Shown here: positions 38,028 to 47,246 of the stretch, piece after piece | Position numbering within the stretch: the first letter of the stretch is position 1 | How the letters are laid out: every line of letters starts with the position of its first letter | Origin: a virus | Length of the DNA: 64,000 bases | Direction: 5' to 3' (one strand) | Virus record (IMG/VR): IMGVR_UViG_3300031885_000003 | Span: 1-64,000 of that record | The notes under the pieces: model-generated | What the model saw: only the letters and a program-made list of their open reading frames with translations | Databases searched by the model: none | What the model was told of the DNA's origin: nothing | Position numbers and translations under genes: made by a program

Positions 38028-39074
38028 TCAGGCGTAGGGACGATCTATGTCCGCGTCCCTGGGCGACAGGTGAGCGTAGATCATCGTGGTCTTGCTATCG
38101 GCATGGCCAAGCCATTGAGACACCTTGAACAGGCTGACGCCAGCACTCACCAGTTGAGACGCGAACGTATGCCGGAGCGTCTTGGGCGTGCACCACGGGA
38201 CGGCAGCAGCCACGGCGACAGCCTCAAAAGACTTCCTGGGGTCAAAGCGGTAGCGATCCCGCCCAGGGGCCGCACTTGGGGCGATGATGAAGCCCTGGGC
38301 CTGCCTGAACTCGCCCAGGATGGCTTGTAGTTGTTCAGGGAATGGGATTGTGCGTGGCCGCTTGCCTTTGGGGTCCCACCCGGTAGGCTCATCATCATCT
38401 GAGTCGATGCCTACCATGTGGATCAGCTTTTGCTCCCAATCGAACCACTCCCACCGGGCCTGTACGATCTCCGCTTTGCGCAACCCGGCATGGATCCCCA
38501 AGGCAAAGTACAAAAGCATATCTTGACTATGGGCCTTGGCCGCGTCGAGCACCGCGGCTACCTGGGCCTTGTCCAACCATTTGACGTGCCGGGCAGGCTC
38601 CTCTATGAGCCTTGCGCCGCTGAACGCGTTGGGCCCGGGGATCCAGTGCTGCTCGACAGCGATACCAAAGAGCGCCTTGAGGCTCTTGATGCAGACGTTG
38701 GTGGTCTTGGCCGCTCTGCCGGCCGATTTGAACCTTGCCTTGACCACATCCAGGTGAGCGATCCCGACGTCGGCCAGCGCGGCGCCGTTACACGCGGCCT
38801 TGAGTTTACCCAACGCCCAGAGGTACGAATCCCGCGTGCTCTGGCGATGGTGCAGGTCAGCCCACGCCCGGTATCGGTCCTCGAGATCCGCCAGGGTGCA
38901 GACAGCCGGCGGCGGGGCTTCGACAGGCAGACCCGCGACCAGGAGCGCCTCGATCCTTGCCCGCCTTGCCTCCGCTTTAGCGGCATCTTTGGTGTGCAAG
39001 CTCGTCCAGACCGTCTTGGCTCCGTCCTGATACCGTAGATACCACGTCTTGCCCCGCAGATAGAGCGTGCTCAT
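38028..39074 (-). CDS. int: Tyrosine recombinase/phage integrase
   Basis: N-terminal arm-binding-like segment; GLRKAEI, K, KTLRH, WLGH, TMIY catalytic motifs. Confidence 0.95.
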   Translation of the reverse strand: MSTLYLRGKTWYLRYQDGAKTVWTSLHTKDAAKAEARRARIEALLVAGLPVEAPPPAVCTLADLEDRYRAWADLHHRQSTRDSYLWALGKLKAACNGAALADVGIAHLDVVKARFKSAGRAAKTTNVCIKSLKALFGIAVEQHWIPGPNAFSGARLIEEPARHVKWLDKAQVAAVLDAAKAHSQDMLLYFALGIHAGLRKAEIVQARWEWFDWEQKLIHMVGIDSDDDEPTGWDPKGKRPRTIPFPEQLQAILGEFRQAQGFIIAPSAAPGRDRYRFDPRKSFEAVAVAAAVPWCTPKTLRHTFASQLVSAGVSLFKVSQWLGHADSKTTMIYAHLSPRDADIDRPYA

Positions 39075-39078
39075 GGCT

Positions 39079-39420
39079 TCACTCCACCCGCGATATCTTA
39101 TGGCCGGGATCGTGCATACAAAACCTTACGGGCTGCGGTCCCAACACAGGAAACTCGAACTGTGGCCGCCACTGGAACTCGTCCCAGACGCGCTTGGGTA
39201 GATACGCAAACCCCTGGAGCAGGTCATAGACATGCACCGGCACGCCCATAAACGGGGTGTGCAATTCCAACACTTCACACGGCGGCGATTCTTCGGGCGA
39301 TGAACACTCGGCCCGCAAAGCATCATGCGCCCCTATCCCCATCACCAGCACCATCGGCTCCAACTGCCCCTCCATCTCGTTTTCAACCCGCTGCATCATC
39401 TCGACAATCTGGTCAATCAT
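39079..39420 (-). CDS. Hypothetical protein upstream of int
   Basis: GGAGGGAGG RBS before ATG39420. Confidence 0.55.
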   Translation of the reverse strand: MIDQIVEMMQRVENEMEGQLEPMVLVMGIGAHDALRAECSSPEESPPCEVLELHTPFMGVPVHVYDLLQGFAYLPKRVWDEFQWRPQFEFPVLGPQPVRFCMHDPGHKISRVE

Positions 39421-39437
39421 GGTGTCCCTCCCTCCGT

Positions 39438-39731
39438 GAGTAGTCACTTTGAGTAGTCACCTCTCAAAATGCTCTGTTAATGCGACCATGAGGAGTGTAT
39501 CGTAAATGGTTGGGATTGTCAAGGGTTACGATTGGTGGAGATGAACGGGATCGAACCGTCGCCCTCATGACTGCCAGTTATATAATACAGAAATGCACAA
39601 GTCCAGCAACATCATGTAGTTACATGGTATCACTGGACTTGCGCGGGAACGCTGCTCTTCGCAGAACACCGCCAAACACCGCCAAAATGGTATCGGGGTA
39701 GTCACTTTTGCCGGCTCGGGGTAGTCACTTT
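39438..39731. other. attP-like site: tRNA core with paired GTAGTCAC arm-type repeats on both sides
   Basis: GAGTAGTCAC at 39438 and 39451; TCGGGGTAGTCACTTT at 39693 and 39716; AACACCGCCA twice near 39665-39684; IHF-like TAAATGGTTG at ~39503. Confidence 0.8.
39533..39578 (-). pseudogene. 3' half of tRNA-Ala(GGC), att core
   Basis: ACTGGCAGTCATGAGGGCGACGGTTCGATCCCGTTCATCTCCACCA: anticodon loop, T arm, acceptor strand, CCA; no 5' half. Confidence 0.9.
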
Positions 39732-39733
39732 GT

Positions 39734-40192
39734 TCACAATCCCAGCAGCCCATTTAGGATGGCCTTCATCGTTGGCCCGTTCGACTCAAGACACTCATCA
39801 GAAGCGGCTTTCTTGTCGTCAAAGTACCAGTCGTAGTTCAAGCCACCTTCCAAGGACTGAATTACCATACCGTAACCCCCATGGCGAAGGAGTTCTTCAC
39901 CGAAGTAGTGGTAGTAATAACCGATTGCCAACTCGTATTTCCCATCCACGAGATTCTCCACACAAAACGTTTCTCCGGGTTGTAAAGGCTCAGGTAAGAT
40001 GTTCATACCCTTTGTGGGAACTGGATCAACTGGACCGATGCGGGTAACCGACAAAGAGTAGATATCATGGTCATAATTGTTGTGCAACGTCAGGCTGTTC
40101 GTTCCGTTTGGGTTGGAGTTGGGTGAATCTGGACAGCCCGCCAGGACCGCCAGAACGAACAGCACTACCGCGTACCGCAATCTCTTGTTCAT
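39734..40192 (-). CDS. Lipoprotein (moron; possible superinfection exclusion)
   Basis: MNKRLRYAVVLFVLAVLAGC lipobox; directly downstream of the repressor. Confidence 0.7.
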   Translation of the reverse strand: MNKRLRYAVVLFVLAVLAGCPDSPNSNPNGTNSLTLHNNYDHDIYSLSVTRIGPVDPVPTKGMNILPEPLQPGETFCVENLVDGKYELAIGYYYHYFGEELLRHGGYGMVIQSLEGGLNYDWYFDDKKAASDECLESNGPTMKAILNGLLGL

Positions 40193-40203
40193 GGCTTTCT
40201 CCT

Positions 40204-40527
40204 TTATTTGAGTTGTTTCCCACAATGGATACAGAACTTCGCCGTTTTTCCCCGGACACTGAGAACAGTCAACTCGTAGCAAATGGCACACGTCACTTCC
40301 CGCAGACCCGATTCTGGCACTTGTGGCTTACCCTCGATCATCGCTTTCAGCTTCGCAAGGTTTTTTCTCGTCATATCCTTAGTCCCACCACGTTCCCAAG
40401 CCCCGTAAGTGTTCATGCTTAACCCAAGGAAATTACTCACATCCATCTGCGACAACCCCTGCTCATCACGCCACTGTTTTGCCCGTTCCCTTAATACCCC
40501 ATCATCTGCCCCGGCCCCTTTACTCAT
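40204..40527 (-). CDS. XRE/CI-like repressor with C-terminal Zn ribbon
   Basis: GLSQ.DV...LG.S.NTY..WERG HTH; CAIC...CIHCG. Confidence 0.8.
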   Translation of the reverse strand: MSKGAGADDGVLRERAKQWRDEQGLSQMDVSNFLGLSMNTYGAWERGGTKDMTRKNLAKLKAMIEGKPQVPESGLREVTCAICYELTVLSVRGKTAKFCIHCGKQLK

Positions 40528-40580
40528 TTGTCAATCCTCCATATATATCGCGCAGACTGCTTTTGCGCCATCCGTATAGG

Positions 40581-40676
40581 ATAGTACACCGATAATGCAC
40601 GTCCTGTCAAGGGGTTGCAGAATTATACACAGACCATATATTTTTCTTGACAAAACAAGCCACCTGTCTATACACT
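40581..40676. promoter_or_regulatory. Divergent promoter pair of the genetic switch
   Basis: Minus strand TTGACA(40610)-N18-TACTAT; plus strand TTGACA(40647)-N18-TACACT. Confidence 0.7.
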
Positions 40677-40701
40677 GGCGGTGCACCAAAAGGAGAGGCC
40701 A

Positions 40702-40920
40702 ATGCAGATGGAACGACAGACGACGCCACAACGGGCCGTGTTGGAACGAATGATTAACCACAAGGGCTGGACATACACAGAACTTGCGAAACGGGCGGGG
40801 TTACATCAGAGCCTCATCGGCAAACTGCTGAGCGGGGAACGGGCGATCACCTTTCGGACAGCCCGGAAACTGGCCAAAGTATTTAACATGAGTTGGCGTC
40901 ATTTCTTTTGCGAGGAATAG
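40702..40920 (+). CDS. Cro-like HTH regulator
   Basis: GWT.TELAKRAGL.QS.I.KLLSGER; divergent from the repressor. Confidence 0.85.
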   Translation: MQMERQTTPQRAVLERMINHKGWTYTELAKRAGLHQSLIGKLLSGERAITFRTARKLAKVFNMSWRHFFCEE

Positions 40921-40922
40921 CA

Positions 40923-41192
40923 ATGCCTGAAACCTACCTTGGCCCCGCCCAGGCGGCAAAGTACATGAACATCGGCGTCACCCTGTTTTACCGGTTGCGG
41001 AAGGGCGACGCCGCATTCCCCGCGGCTATCCCGCTCGGCCGGTGCCGCCGTTATAGCGTCTACGACCTCGACGCCTACATGCAGTCGAAGAAACCAAAAC
41101 CCGTCACACCCGATCCCGAACTGGAAAAAGAAGCTGCGGACATCATCCGCAGCCATAGGAAACCACAAGAGGAGAACCACGCTCATGCCTAA
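40923..41192 (+). CDS. Excisionase/AlpA-like winged HTH
   Basis: YL...QAAKY..IG...FYRL......FP.AI.LG..RRY...DLDAY. Confidence 0.8.
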   Translation: MPETYLGPAQAAKYMNIGVTLFYRLRKGDAAFPAAIPLGRCRRYSVYDLDAYMQSKKPKPVTPDPELEKEAADIIRSHRKPQEENHAHA

Positions 41193-41436
41193 GAAACGCA
41201 AACCGCGAGCGCAGGCGCCGACAGCAGCACCAAAGCCAACCGCTGCCGTGCGCGTCCCGAAAGCCGTCCTCGACGGCCTGATGGCTCTGCAGTCGACCCC
41301 AACGAACACCCGCAACATCAACCAGGCGATCCAGATGCTCCGGCGTCTCGGACATCCGCAGGCGCAGCTATGGGTGTCACAGCACCCGAGCGAATACTAC
41401 GAGGGGGTCGAGGTCGGCTTCGAGGCGGACGAATGA
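41185..41436 (+). CDS. DUF5049-like protein
   Basis: V..G..A......N......Q.....G......W...H..EY..G...G pattern. Confidence 0.5.
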   Translation: MPKKRKPRAQAPTAAPKPTAAVRVPKAVLDGLMALQSTPTNTRNINQAIQMLRRLGHPQAQLWVSQHPSEYYEGVEVGFEADE

Positions 41437-41939
41437 GCCGTAAGACGTGCACACAATGCGGGGAGGAGAAACACCACGTCTCGTTTTACGCGGGGAGCAG
41501 CGTATGCCGGGCCTGTCAGAGCGAGCCGAGGCCGAAGATCAACGATGGCCGGGCACCCACTTTGGCAGAAGCGGAAGAGAAGGAGCGGCCGGCGCCGCGT
41601 CCCATGCCCGTGCCCGTTTCTGCGCCAGTGAACCCGCCGGAAAAACTGCCAGCGTTAGAACTGGCATCGTCGCTGGAATACCGGTTTTGCAAAGACGAAG
41701 AGCCAGAGCCGGAAACCGAAAAGGGTCCAGAGACCGACATAGACGGGGGACGGCTGATCGTGAAAGCCGAGACGTCGGTGGAACTGCTTGCGGCCGTCCT
41801 GATCGCCGTGTTGGACGTCTGCCCGGACGCCCGGTGCAAGTCTCTATATGGAGAGTTAGTAATCACGGCGGGGAGACAAAGGGAGAGTAACCAACGAAAG
41901 GAGAACACGACTGATGAACTGGAAGATTTTAGGGGTTGA
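41433..41939 (+). CDS. Zn-finger hypothetical protein
   Basis: KTCTQCGEEK...FY...CRAC. Confidence 0.55.
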   Translation: MSRKTCTQCGEEKHHVSFYAGSSVCRACQSEPRPKINDGRAPTLAEAEEKERPAPRPMPVPVSAPVNPPEKLPALELASSLEYRFCKDEEPEPETEKGPETDIDGGRLIVKAETSVELLAAVLIAVLDVCPDARCKSLYGELVITAGRQRESNQRKENTTDELEDFRG

Positions 41940-42336
41940 CGACAAGTTGCCCGAGTTGGATGGGCCGATTCAATTGCAGTTGGAACATGTCAACGGCACG
42001 CTCAGGGAAGTCGCTCTGGCCTGCAACTACGACGTGGTTCTGAAAATCATCCCGGGGCCATACGGCGGCCTCCAATTGCTGGTGCCACCGGATCCGAAAC
42101 CAATCTACGAGATGCGTGGCGAGCTGTGCGGTTTCCGGGCCAGGCCCATAGAGTTCGACGACGAAGCCAAGGCCCGCGAAAAGTACCTCTGGCACGTCTC
42201 ACAAGTCGGCCCCTCGCCACATAAGATCCAACTGGTCAAAGTGACTCGGGTGGGCGACGAGAAGGAGCGTGAAGAAGTGCTAGCAGAGGATATTGTGAGC
42301 GTAGCGGAGGCACACGCCGACCCCGACAACTTCTAA
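41914..42336 (+). CDS. Hypothetical protein
   Basis: AAAGGAG RBS. Confidence 0.6.
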   Translation: MNWKILGVDDKLPELDGPIQLQLEHVNGTLREVALACNYDVVLKIIPGPYGGLQLLVPPDPKPIYEMRGELCGFRARPIEFDDEAKAREKYLWHVSQVGPSPHKIQLVKVTRVGDEKEREEVLAEDIVSVAEAHADPDNF

Positions 42337-42348
42337 CTTCTCTGATCT

Positions 42349-42840
42349 CGGTGCGCCGCCAGGCAGGTTCGCAGCCCGCCCTCACGCCCCCTCTGATCCC
42401 CATCAGAGACACACGGCGGCGCACCGCTTGAAAGTTGAAGATTTTAGGTGTGCTGTGGCCGAGGAATGCGTGACGGGCGCGAGAAATCGCGTTGGTAAGC
42501 GACGACGGCTTACGGTCGGCTCGACGATGGGGTAAGGAACAGACCCTTAGAGCAGCAAGTAGGTCAGCCGGGCGCGGGTGATTTTACCCGTAGTAACAGT
42601 ACAGGCCGAGATAACGCCAGACAGCCACAGCACACCGATTTTCCAGCGGCGGTAAATACTCGCGAGCGCCGCTGGTTCTCCAGTGCGCGGCGTTTCAATG
42701 GTCTCGCAACCCCCAAGGGCGCCGCGCACTGGTCTCCACAACGGGAAGGGGGTGGTTTATGAAGTAAAGACTAACTTCTCCCATTTAACGATGCAAGCAG
42801 CACGGGGGCGGGTCAGACAGACGCCGGCCCGCCCCCGCAA
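42349..42840 (+). ncRNA. Candidate structured RNA tract
   Basis: Five consecutive domains closed by 9-13 bp stems; no credible ORF. Confidence 0.55.
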
Positions 42841-43058
42841 AGAAAGGGGACTATGGGATCAAAAGCGATTTTCGCCGGCACAATCAACCCGCCACGCAAC
42901 GGTGTGTTCAAGACACTATAGGCCGTGCCCGATAGTTGGGAGGCCGAGTGCATGACGCTCCAATCGTCGTTGCGCGACGCGCTGGCGGCGGAGAAGGACG
43001 CGATCATCGCCAGACTGAGGAACGACCTGGAGAAGGCACGGAGGTTGGAACAACGTTT

Positions 43059-43262
43059 ATGAATAAAAAAGATCCTGATGAGACGATGAGGCAAATTCGG
43101 TCAGAGCAACGCGAACGCCTCCGGGACCGGTTCGCAATGGCGGCGCTGACAGGGTTGCCTACAACCGAACAGACGCCAGAGCATCTTGCAAAAACAGCCT
43201 ACAGAATAGCCGACGCCATGCTGGCCGAGCGGGAGAAGACACCATGTTCCTCTCCTTCCTAA
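43059..43262 (+). CDS. Small phage protein (LRD.FAMAAL family)
   Basis: LRDRFAMAALTG...AY.IADAML.ER motif. Confidence 0.7.
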   Translation: MNKKDPDETMRQIRSEQRERLRDRFAMAALTGLPTTEQTPEHLAKTAYRIADAMLAEREKTPCSSPS

Positions 43263-43419
43263 ACCTATTCCGCCGCCCGCGTTGCGCCGACTGCCAGCGC
43301 AAAATTAAGCGGGGGCAAGTAAGCATCAGGGTCGCAAATCTTGACGATTTTCTCGGGTATAGGTGGGTAAAACTCTGTGCGTCCTGCTACTGGGAAGCGA
43401 CCAAAGGATTCACTGACTG

Positions 43420-43650
43420 ATGAAACGCCAACTGTCGCTTGTGAAGATCAAGACGATGGGCGATGCCCTCGCCTACTGCCGGATGCAACGGGGAATCAGT
43501 CAGGAGCGACTATTTGAACGTTCAGGCGTACCGCAATCTACGATCAGCAGATTCGAGCGAGACTTCGACGTGCGGGTGTCAACGGTATTGAAACTTTGCA
43601 AAGCCATGGGTGTGCCGTTGAGCGAACTCGCGGCGATGGCAAGGGTGTAG
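43420..43650 (+). CDS. XRE HTH regulator
   Basis: RGISQE.L..RSGV.QSTISR.ER. Confidence 0.8.
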   Translation: MKRQLSLVKIKTMGDALAYCRMQRGISQERLFERSGVPQSTISRFERDFDVRVSTVLKLCKAMGVPLSELAAMARV

Positions 43651-43652
43651 TG

Positions 43653-44534
43653 ATGAAAGAAACATTTCAAAATATTAAGTTGAGCAAACTCCGACTCGCC
43701 GCCGCAAACCAAGCCGACGTCATCCTTGAAGAATATGCCCTGGGCGGATGGATCCTGACGCTGCGGCAACTCTACTACCAGTTCGTCGCGCGCGGCCTAC
43801 TGGAGAATACCGAGCGCAATTACAAGTGGCTCGGATCCGTCGTCAATGACGGCAGACTCGCGGGCCTTCTCGACTGGGACCACATAACCGACCGAACTCG
43901 CACCTGTCAAGTCGTCAGCACATGGGACTCTCCACAGGACATTATCCAAGCCTCAATCGACTGCTACCGTATTGACCTCTGGAAAAACCAGCTATATCGG
44001 ATTGAAGTGTGGGTAGAAAAAGACGCTTTGATTGACGTCGTTGGCCGTGCCGCAAACTTGGCTCAACTCCCGTACTTTTCCTGTCGCGGATACTGTAGCC
44101 AGAGCGCCATGTATGGGGCTGCAAAACGCCTTGAGAAATACATAGAAGCCGATCAAATGCCCTACATTCTCTACTTCGGCGACCACGATCCAAGTGGAAT
44201 CGACATGGCGCGAGACATCCAGGTCCGCCTCAATCTGTTCTTGGACAATCCACGGATGCACTTTGACCGTCTCGCGCTGACGATGGAGCAAATCGACCAG
44301 TACTCACCGCCGCCAAACCCGGCAAAACTCACCGACTCCCGGTGTCGCGGATATATGGATGAATATGGCGAGGAGAGTTGGGAGCTTGATGCGCTTGAGC
44401 CTAACGTGATTGTCGAACTCATAACGAACAAGATGGCCGGCCTCAAAGACCATACGGCATGGAAGAAAATGACGGCCGTGCAAAAACGGGATAAAGACAC
44501 GCTCAAAAACCTGTTGGGGAAAATCAGCGACTAA
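43653..44534 (+). CDS. Toprim-domain protein (Topo VI-A/DUF2399-like)
   Basis: TLRQLYY, WVEKDAL, RGY.S, GDHDPSG, WELDAL. Confidence 0.75.
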   Translation: MKETFQNIKLSKLRLAAANQADVILEEYALGGWILTLRQLYYQFVARGLLENTERNYKWLGSVVNDGRLAGLLDWDHITDRTRTCQVVSTWDSPQDIIQASIDCYRIDLWKNQLYRIEVWVEKDALIDVVGRAANLAQLPYFSCRGYCSQSAMYGAAKRLEKYIEADQMPYILYFGDHDPSGIDMARDIQVRLNLFLDNPRMHFDRLALTMEQIDQYSPPPNPAKLTDSRCRGYMDEYGEESWELDALEPNVIVELITNKMAGLKDHTAWKKMTAVQKRDKDTLKNLLGKISD

Positions 44535-44842
44535 TGCTCCGTAGCCTATGGGGTGAGAATTACGAAATGCAAAAAACTGAAGCCCAGGTCGACAAGTGGA
44601 TGGCCCTCTATGAACCGCGCTATCGGGCGCTCTGCAAACAGGCCAATGCCCTCGACGACCTCATGTGTGACCGTGCGGTCATACCGCCAGACATCCTGAA
44701 AGCGGCTGTCGAGGAACTGGCAGACCTTAAATCCACATGGGAGGGGATTGTCGGCCCAGTGAACCCGCCCTATGAAATGCTGATCGCCGAGATGCTGTTG
44801 GCTGACATCCAAGAAGAGTTTAAGGTCAGGGCGGGGATATGA
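44534..44842 (+). CDS. Hypothetical protein
   Basis: Translational coupling on both sides. Confidence 0.5.
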   Translation: MLRSLWGENYEMQKTEAQVDKWMALYEPRYRALCKQANALDDLMCDRAVIPPDILKAAVEELADLKSTWEGIVGPVNPPYEMLIAEMLLADIQEEFKVRAGI

Positions 44843-45795
44843 TTAAATATCGTTCTACCCCTGTAAAAATCTGGAACGATCTTGCCTTTTGTTCCCTATC
44901 TGATGATGCCCAACTTGTCTATTTTTTTGTCCGCACGCATCCCAACATGGCCGCGTGCGGAGCCATGCGAGCAACATTATCGGGACTCGCACAAGAAAAA
45001 CACTGGGGTGAAAAGAGATTTACAGCAGCCTTCACGGAGCTTACAAAGGTGGTTGAGTACCGAGTTGATGAAGTACGCGGTTGTGTGGCCGTGATGGATT
45101 TGTTAGAAACGAACAGACCTATAAATGCAAAGTCCATACAGGGTTATATCAACTCCTTTGACACGATACCTGATTGTAAGTTGAAACTAGAACTAATGCG
45201 ACGGCATGCAAAACAATACCCACAGTTAGAAGAAAAGTTAGCTAACTTTTCCCTAACTTTCTCCGAACTTTTAGAGGGCCAACAAGAACAAGAACAAGAA
45301 CAAGAACAAGAACCCCCTATTTCCCCCAACGAAAAACTCCAAAAAGTTCTCACCGAACACCCAGGCGCAGAAGTCGTTCACGTCAAACTTCGCAGCAAGA
45401 TTCTCGAAGCACATCCGAATGCCAAACTGCCAGAGCCGACCCGAGAACCCAAAAAGTATCTCGATGGTTTGATGACGATTGTGAACCTCATTAAGCGGGA
45501 CCGCTTCACGTCAACAGACCTTGAGGCTCTTTGGTGGGTTTTTGAGTCAGACGACGACGAGGCGATCTTCTGGCGACAACAACTATGCGGAGTGCCGGGC
45601 CTCAGAAGGGTGTGCAAGAACGGCATGACCAAATTCGCGTCGATTCACGAGCGATGGGGTGACGCAGTGGCGGGAAAAGGGATAGACCCTAGCGGCAAAC
45701 ACCAATTTACGTCCCGAGAACTTGCTGGATTCGAGGCCGAGGAACGGTTACAGGCGGAACGGAAACAGCGGGAGGGTACAAAATGCCAGTCATAG
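44839..45795 (+). CDS. Phage replication initiator
   Basis: IW.D..F..LS..AQL, QEQEQEQE linker; directly upstream of DnaB. Confidence 0.75.
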   Translation: MIKYRSTPVKIWNDLAFCSLSDDAQLVYFFVRTHPNMAACGAMRATLSGLAQEKHWGEKRFTAAFTELTKVVEYRVDEVRGCVAVMDLLETNRPINAKSIQGYINSFDTIPDCKLKLELMRRHAKQYPQLEEKLANFSLTFSELLEGQQEQEQEQEQEPPISPNEKLQKVLTEHPGAEVVHVKLRSKILEAHPNAKLPEPTREPKKYLDGLMTIVNLIKRDRFTSTDLEALWWVFESDDDEAIFWRQQLCGVPGLRRVCKNGMTKFASIHERWGDAVAGKGIDPSGKHQFTSRELAGFEAEERLQAERKQREGTKCQS

Positions 45796-47219
45796 CAGAC
45801 GGCATACCCCCCCACAATCTCGAAGCTGAACAGGCCGTCATTGGGGCGATCCTACTGGACAACGACGCGGTATCGGACGTGGTAAACATCATCGGTCGGT
45901 CGAATGAAATGTTCTATTCCGCCACACACCAAGCCATTTATTCGGCCATGCTTGCCATCATCGACAAAGGGCGGCCGGTAGACGGCATCACCCTTGCCGA
46001 ACAACTGCGGGAAGACGGCAAGTACGAGCTGGGCGGCGGCGTCACGTACATCGGTGAGATTGTCGATGCCGTACCCACTGCGGCCAATGTGGCCTACTAT
46101 GCGGAAATCGTCCGCCACTGCCATATCCGGCGAGAAGTCCATCGAGTCTGCACTCGCCTTGCAGCCGAATCCCTTGAGGCTGATTCCTCATGCGACTCAG
46201 ATTGGCTCGACAAAGCCCACAGCGGGCTCCTGGCGCTTTTTGAACATCGGGATCGGCATTATCCCCTACCCGCGATTGAAATCGTCTCAGGCGCCCTTGC
46301 AGAGATTCAGGCGGTGGTTGACGGGAAACCGCGAAACGAAGGATGGACTACAGGGTATACCAGTTTGGATGCAGTACACGGCGGGTTTGTGCCGAATCTC
46401 TACATCTATGCCAGCCGACCGTCGGTAGGCAAGACGACCTTGGCCGCAAACATCGCCTGCCACGTTGCGGCAGGGGGCCACCCGACCCTTTTCTTCGCCC
46501 TCGAGATGTCGGACGCCCAAATGATGCGGAAGATCCTGATGTTCCGGGCCGGGGTGAATTGGGGGCAAGTTCGCGCGGGATTTAACGCACGAAGCCAACT
46601 GGACAAAGTGCGGTTTATCGCCCCGGGCATCGGCCGCTGGCCTCTGTGGATTGATGACACACCAAACCTGACGCCGAACGCCCTCCGGGCGAAAGTGCGA
46701 AAACATATCCATCAGCACGGCCCAACACTCGTCATCATCGACTATCTGCAACTCATGGATATCCCGCAGGCACGAGGCCAGAACCGATATGAAGCTCTAG
46801 GCGGTGTTTCGCGCACACTGAAAAACCTGAGCGGCGAACTCGAATGCCCCTTCATCGGCATATCACAACTCGGCAGGGACGCGGATGGCGTTGATCCCAA
46901 AATATCTCACCTGCGGGAATCGGGCAATTTCGAGCAGGACGCGGATGTGATCATCCTTCTGTCCCGCTACCTCAAACCCGAGATAACTGAACTCCACAAA
47001 GCAGGTAGATATCTTAACGTCGATTTCGACCGGATCGTGAAGGTTCACATTGCGAAAAACCGTGAAGGTGAGACGGGAGTAGTGCAGATGATTTTCGATA
47101 AGTCGGTACAACAGTTCCGAGAACCCGGACAGCCTGAAATAGAATGCGACGCAGAAACGGGCGCCTCGATTGCGCCCGATCCACAAGCGAATCCAGAAAC
47201 AGATGAGATACCATTCTGA
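45783..47219 (+). CDS. dnaB: Replicative DNA helicase
   Basis: PPH.LEAEQAVIG, RPSVGKT, IIDYLQL, SQL.R, LRESG..EQDAD, AKNR.G. Confidence 0.95.
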   Translation: MPVIADGIPPHNLEAEQAVIGAILLDNDAVSDVVNIIGRSNEMFYSATHQAIYSAMLAIIDKGRPVDGITLAEQLREDGKYELGGGVTYIGEIVDAVPTAANVAYYAEIVRHCHIRREVHRVCTRLAAESLEADSSCDSDWLDKAHSGLLALFEHRDRHYPLPAIEIVSGALAEIQAVVDGKPRNEGWTTGYTSLDAVHGGFVPNLYIYASRPSVGKTTLAANIACHVAAGGHPTLFFALEMSDAQMMRKILMFRAGVNWGQVRAGFNARSQLDKVRFIAPGIGRWPLWIDDTPNLTPNALRAKVRKHIHQHGPTLVIIDYLQLMDIPQARGQNRYEALGGVSRTLKNLSGELECPFIGISQLGRDADGVDPKISHLRESGNFEQDADVIILLSRYLKPEITELHKAGRYLNVDFDRIVKVHIAKNREGETGVVQMIFDKSVQQFREPGQPEIECDAETGASIAPDPQANPETDEIPF

Positions 47220-47246
47220 ACCGGCGCAAGAGGAGGAGTTGTTCTG

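Larger units (their letters stand above)
1..39578. mobile_element. Left phage/prophage unit, podovirus-type virion module, integrase at its right end (left end outside window)
   Basis: TerL, portal, scaffold, capsid, adaptor, nozzle and ejection genes; no tape measure or tail tube; integrase next to att core. The boundary is inferred. Confidence 0.75.

Noticed and set aside
38028-39074. Inactive integrase (HxxR reads KxxR) or integron integrase IntI
   Set aside because: Other catalytic residues are intact and Lys is tolerated at this position in some tyrosine recombinases; no IntI-specific insertion recognised, and an adjacent tRNA att core explains the gene.
39533-39578. Functional tRNA-Ala gene
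   Set aside because: Only the anticodon loop to CCA is present; the acceptor 5' strand and D-arm are missing.
45281-45312. CAAGAA tandem repeat as origin iterons or contingency locus
   Set aside because: Encodes the QEQEQE linker common in phage initiators; an origin role cannot be supported from sequence alone.
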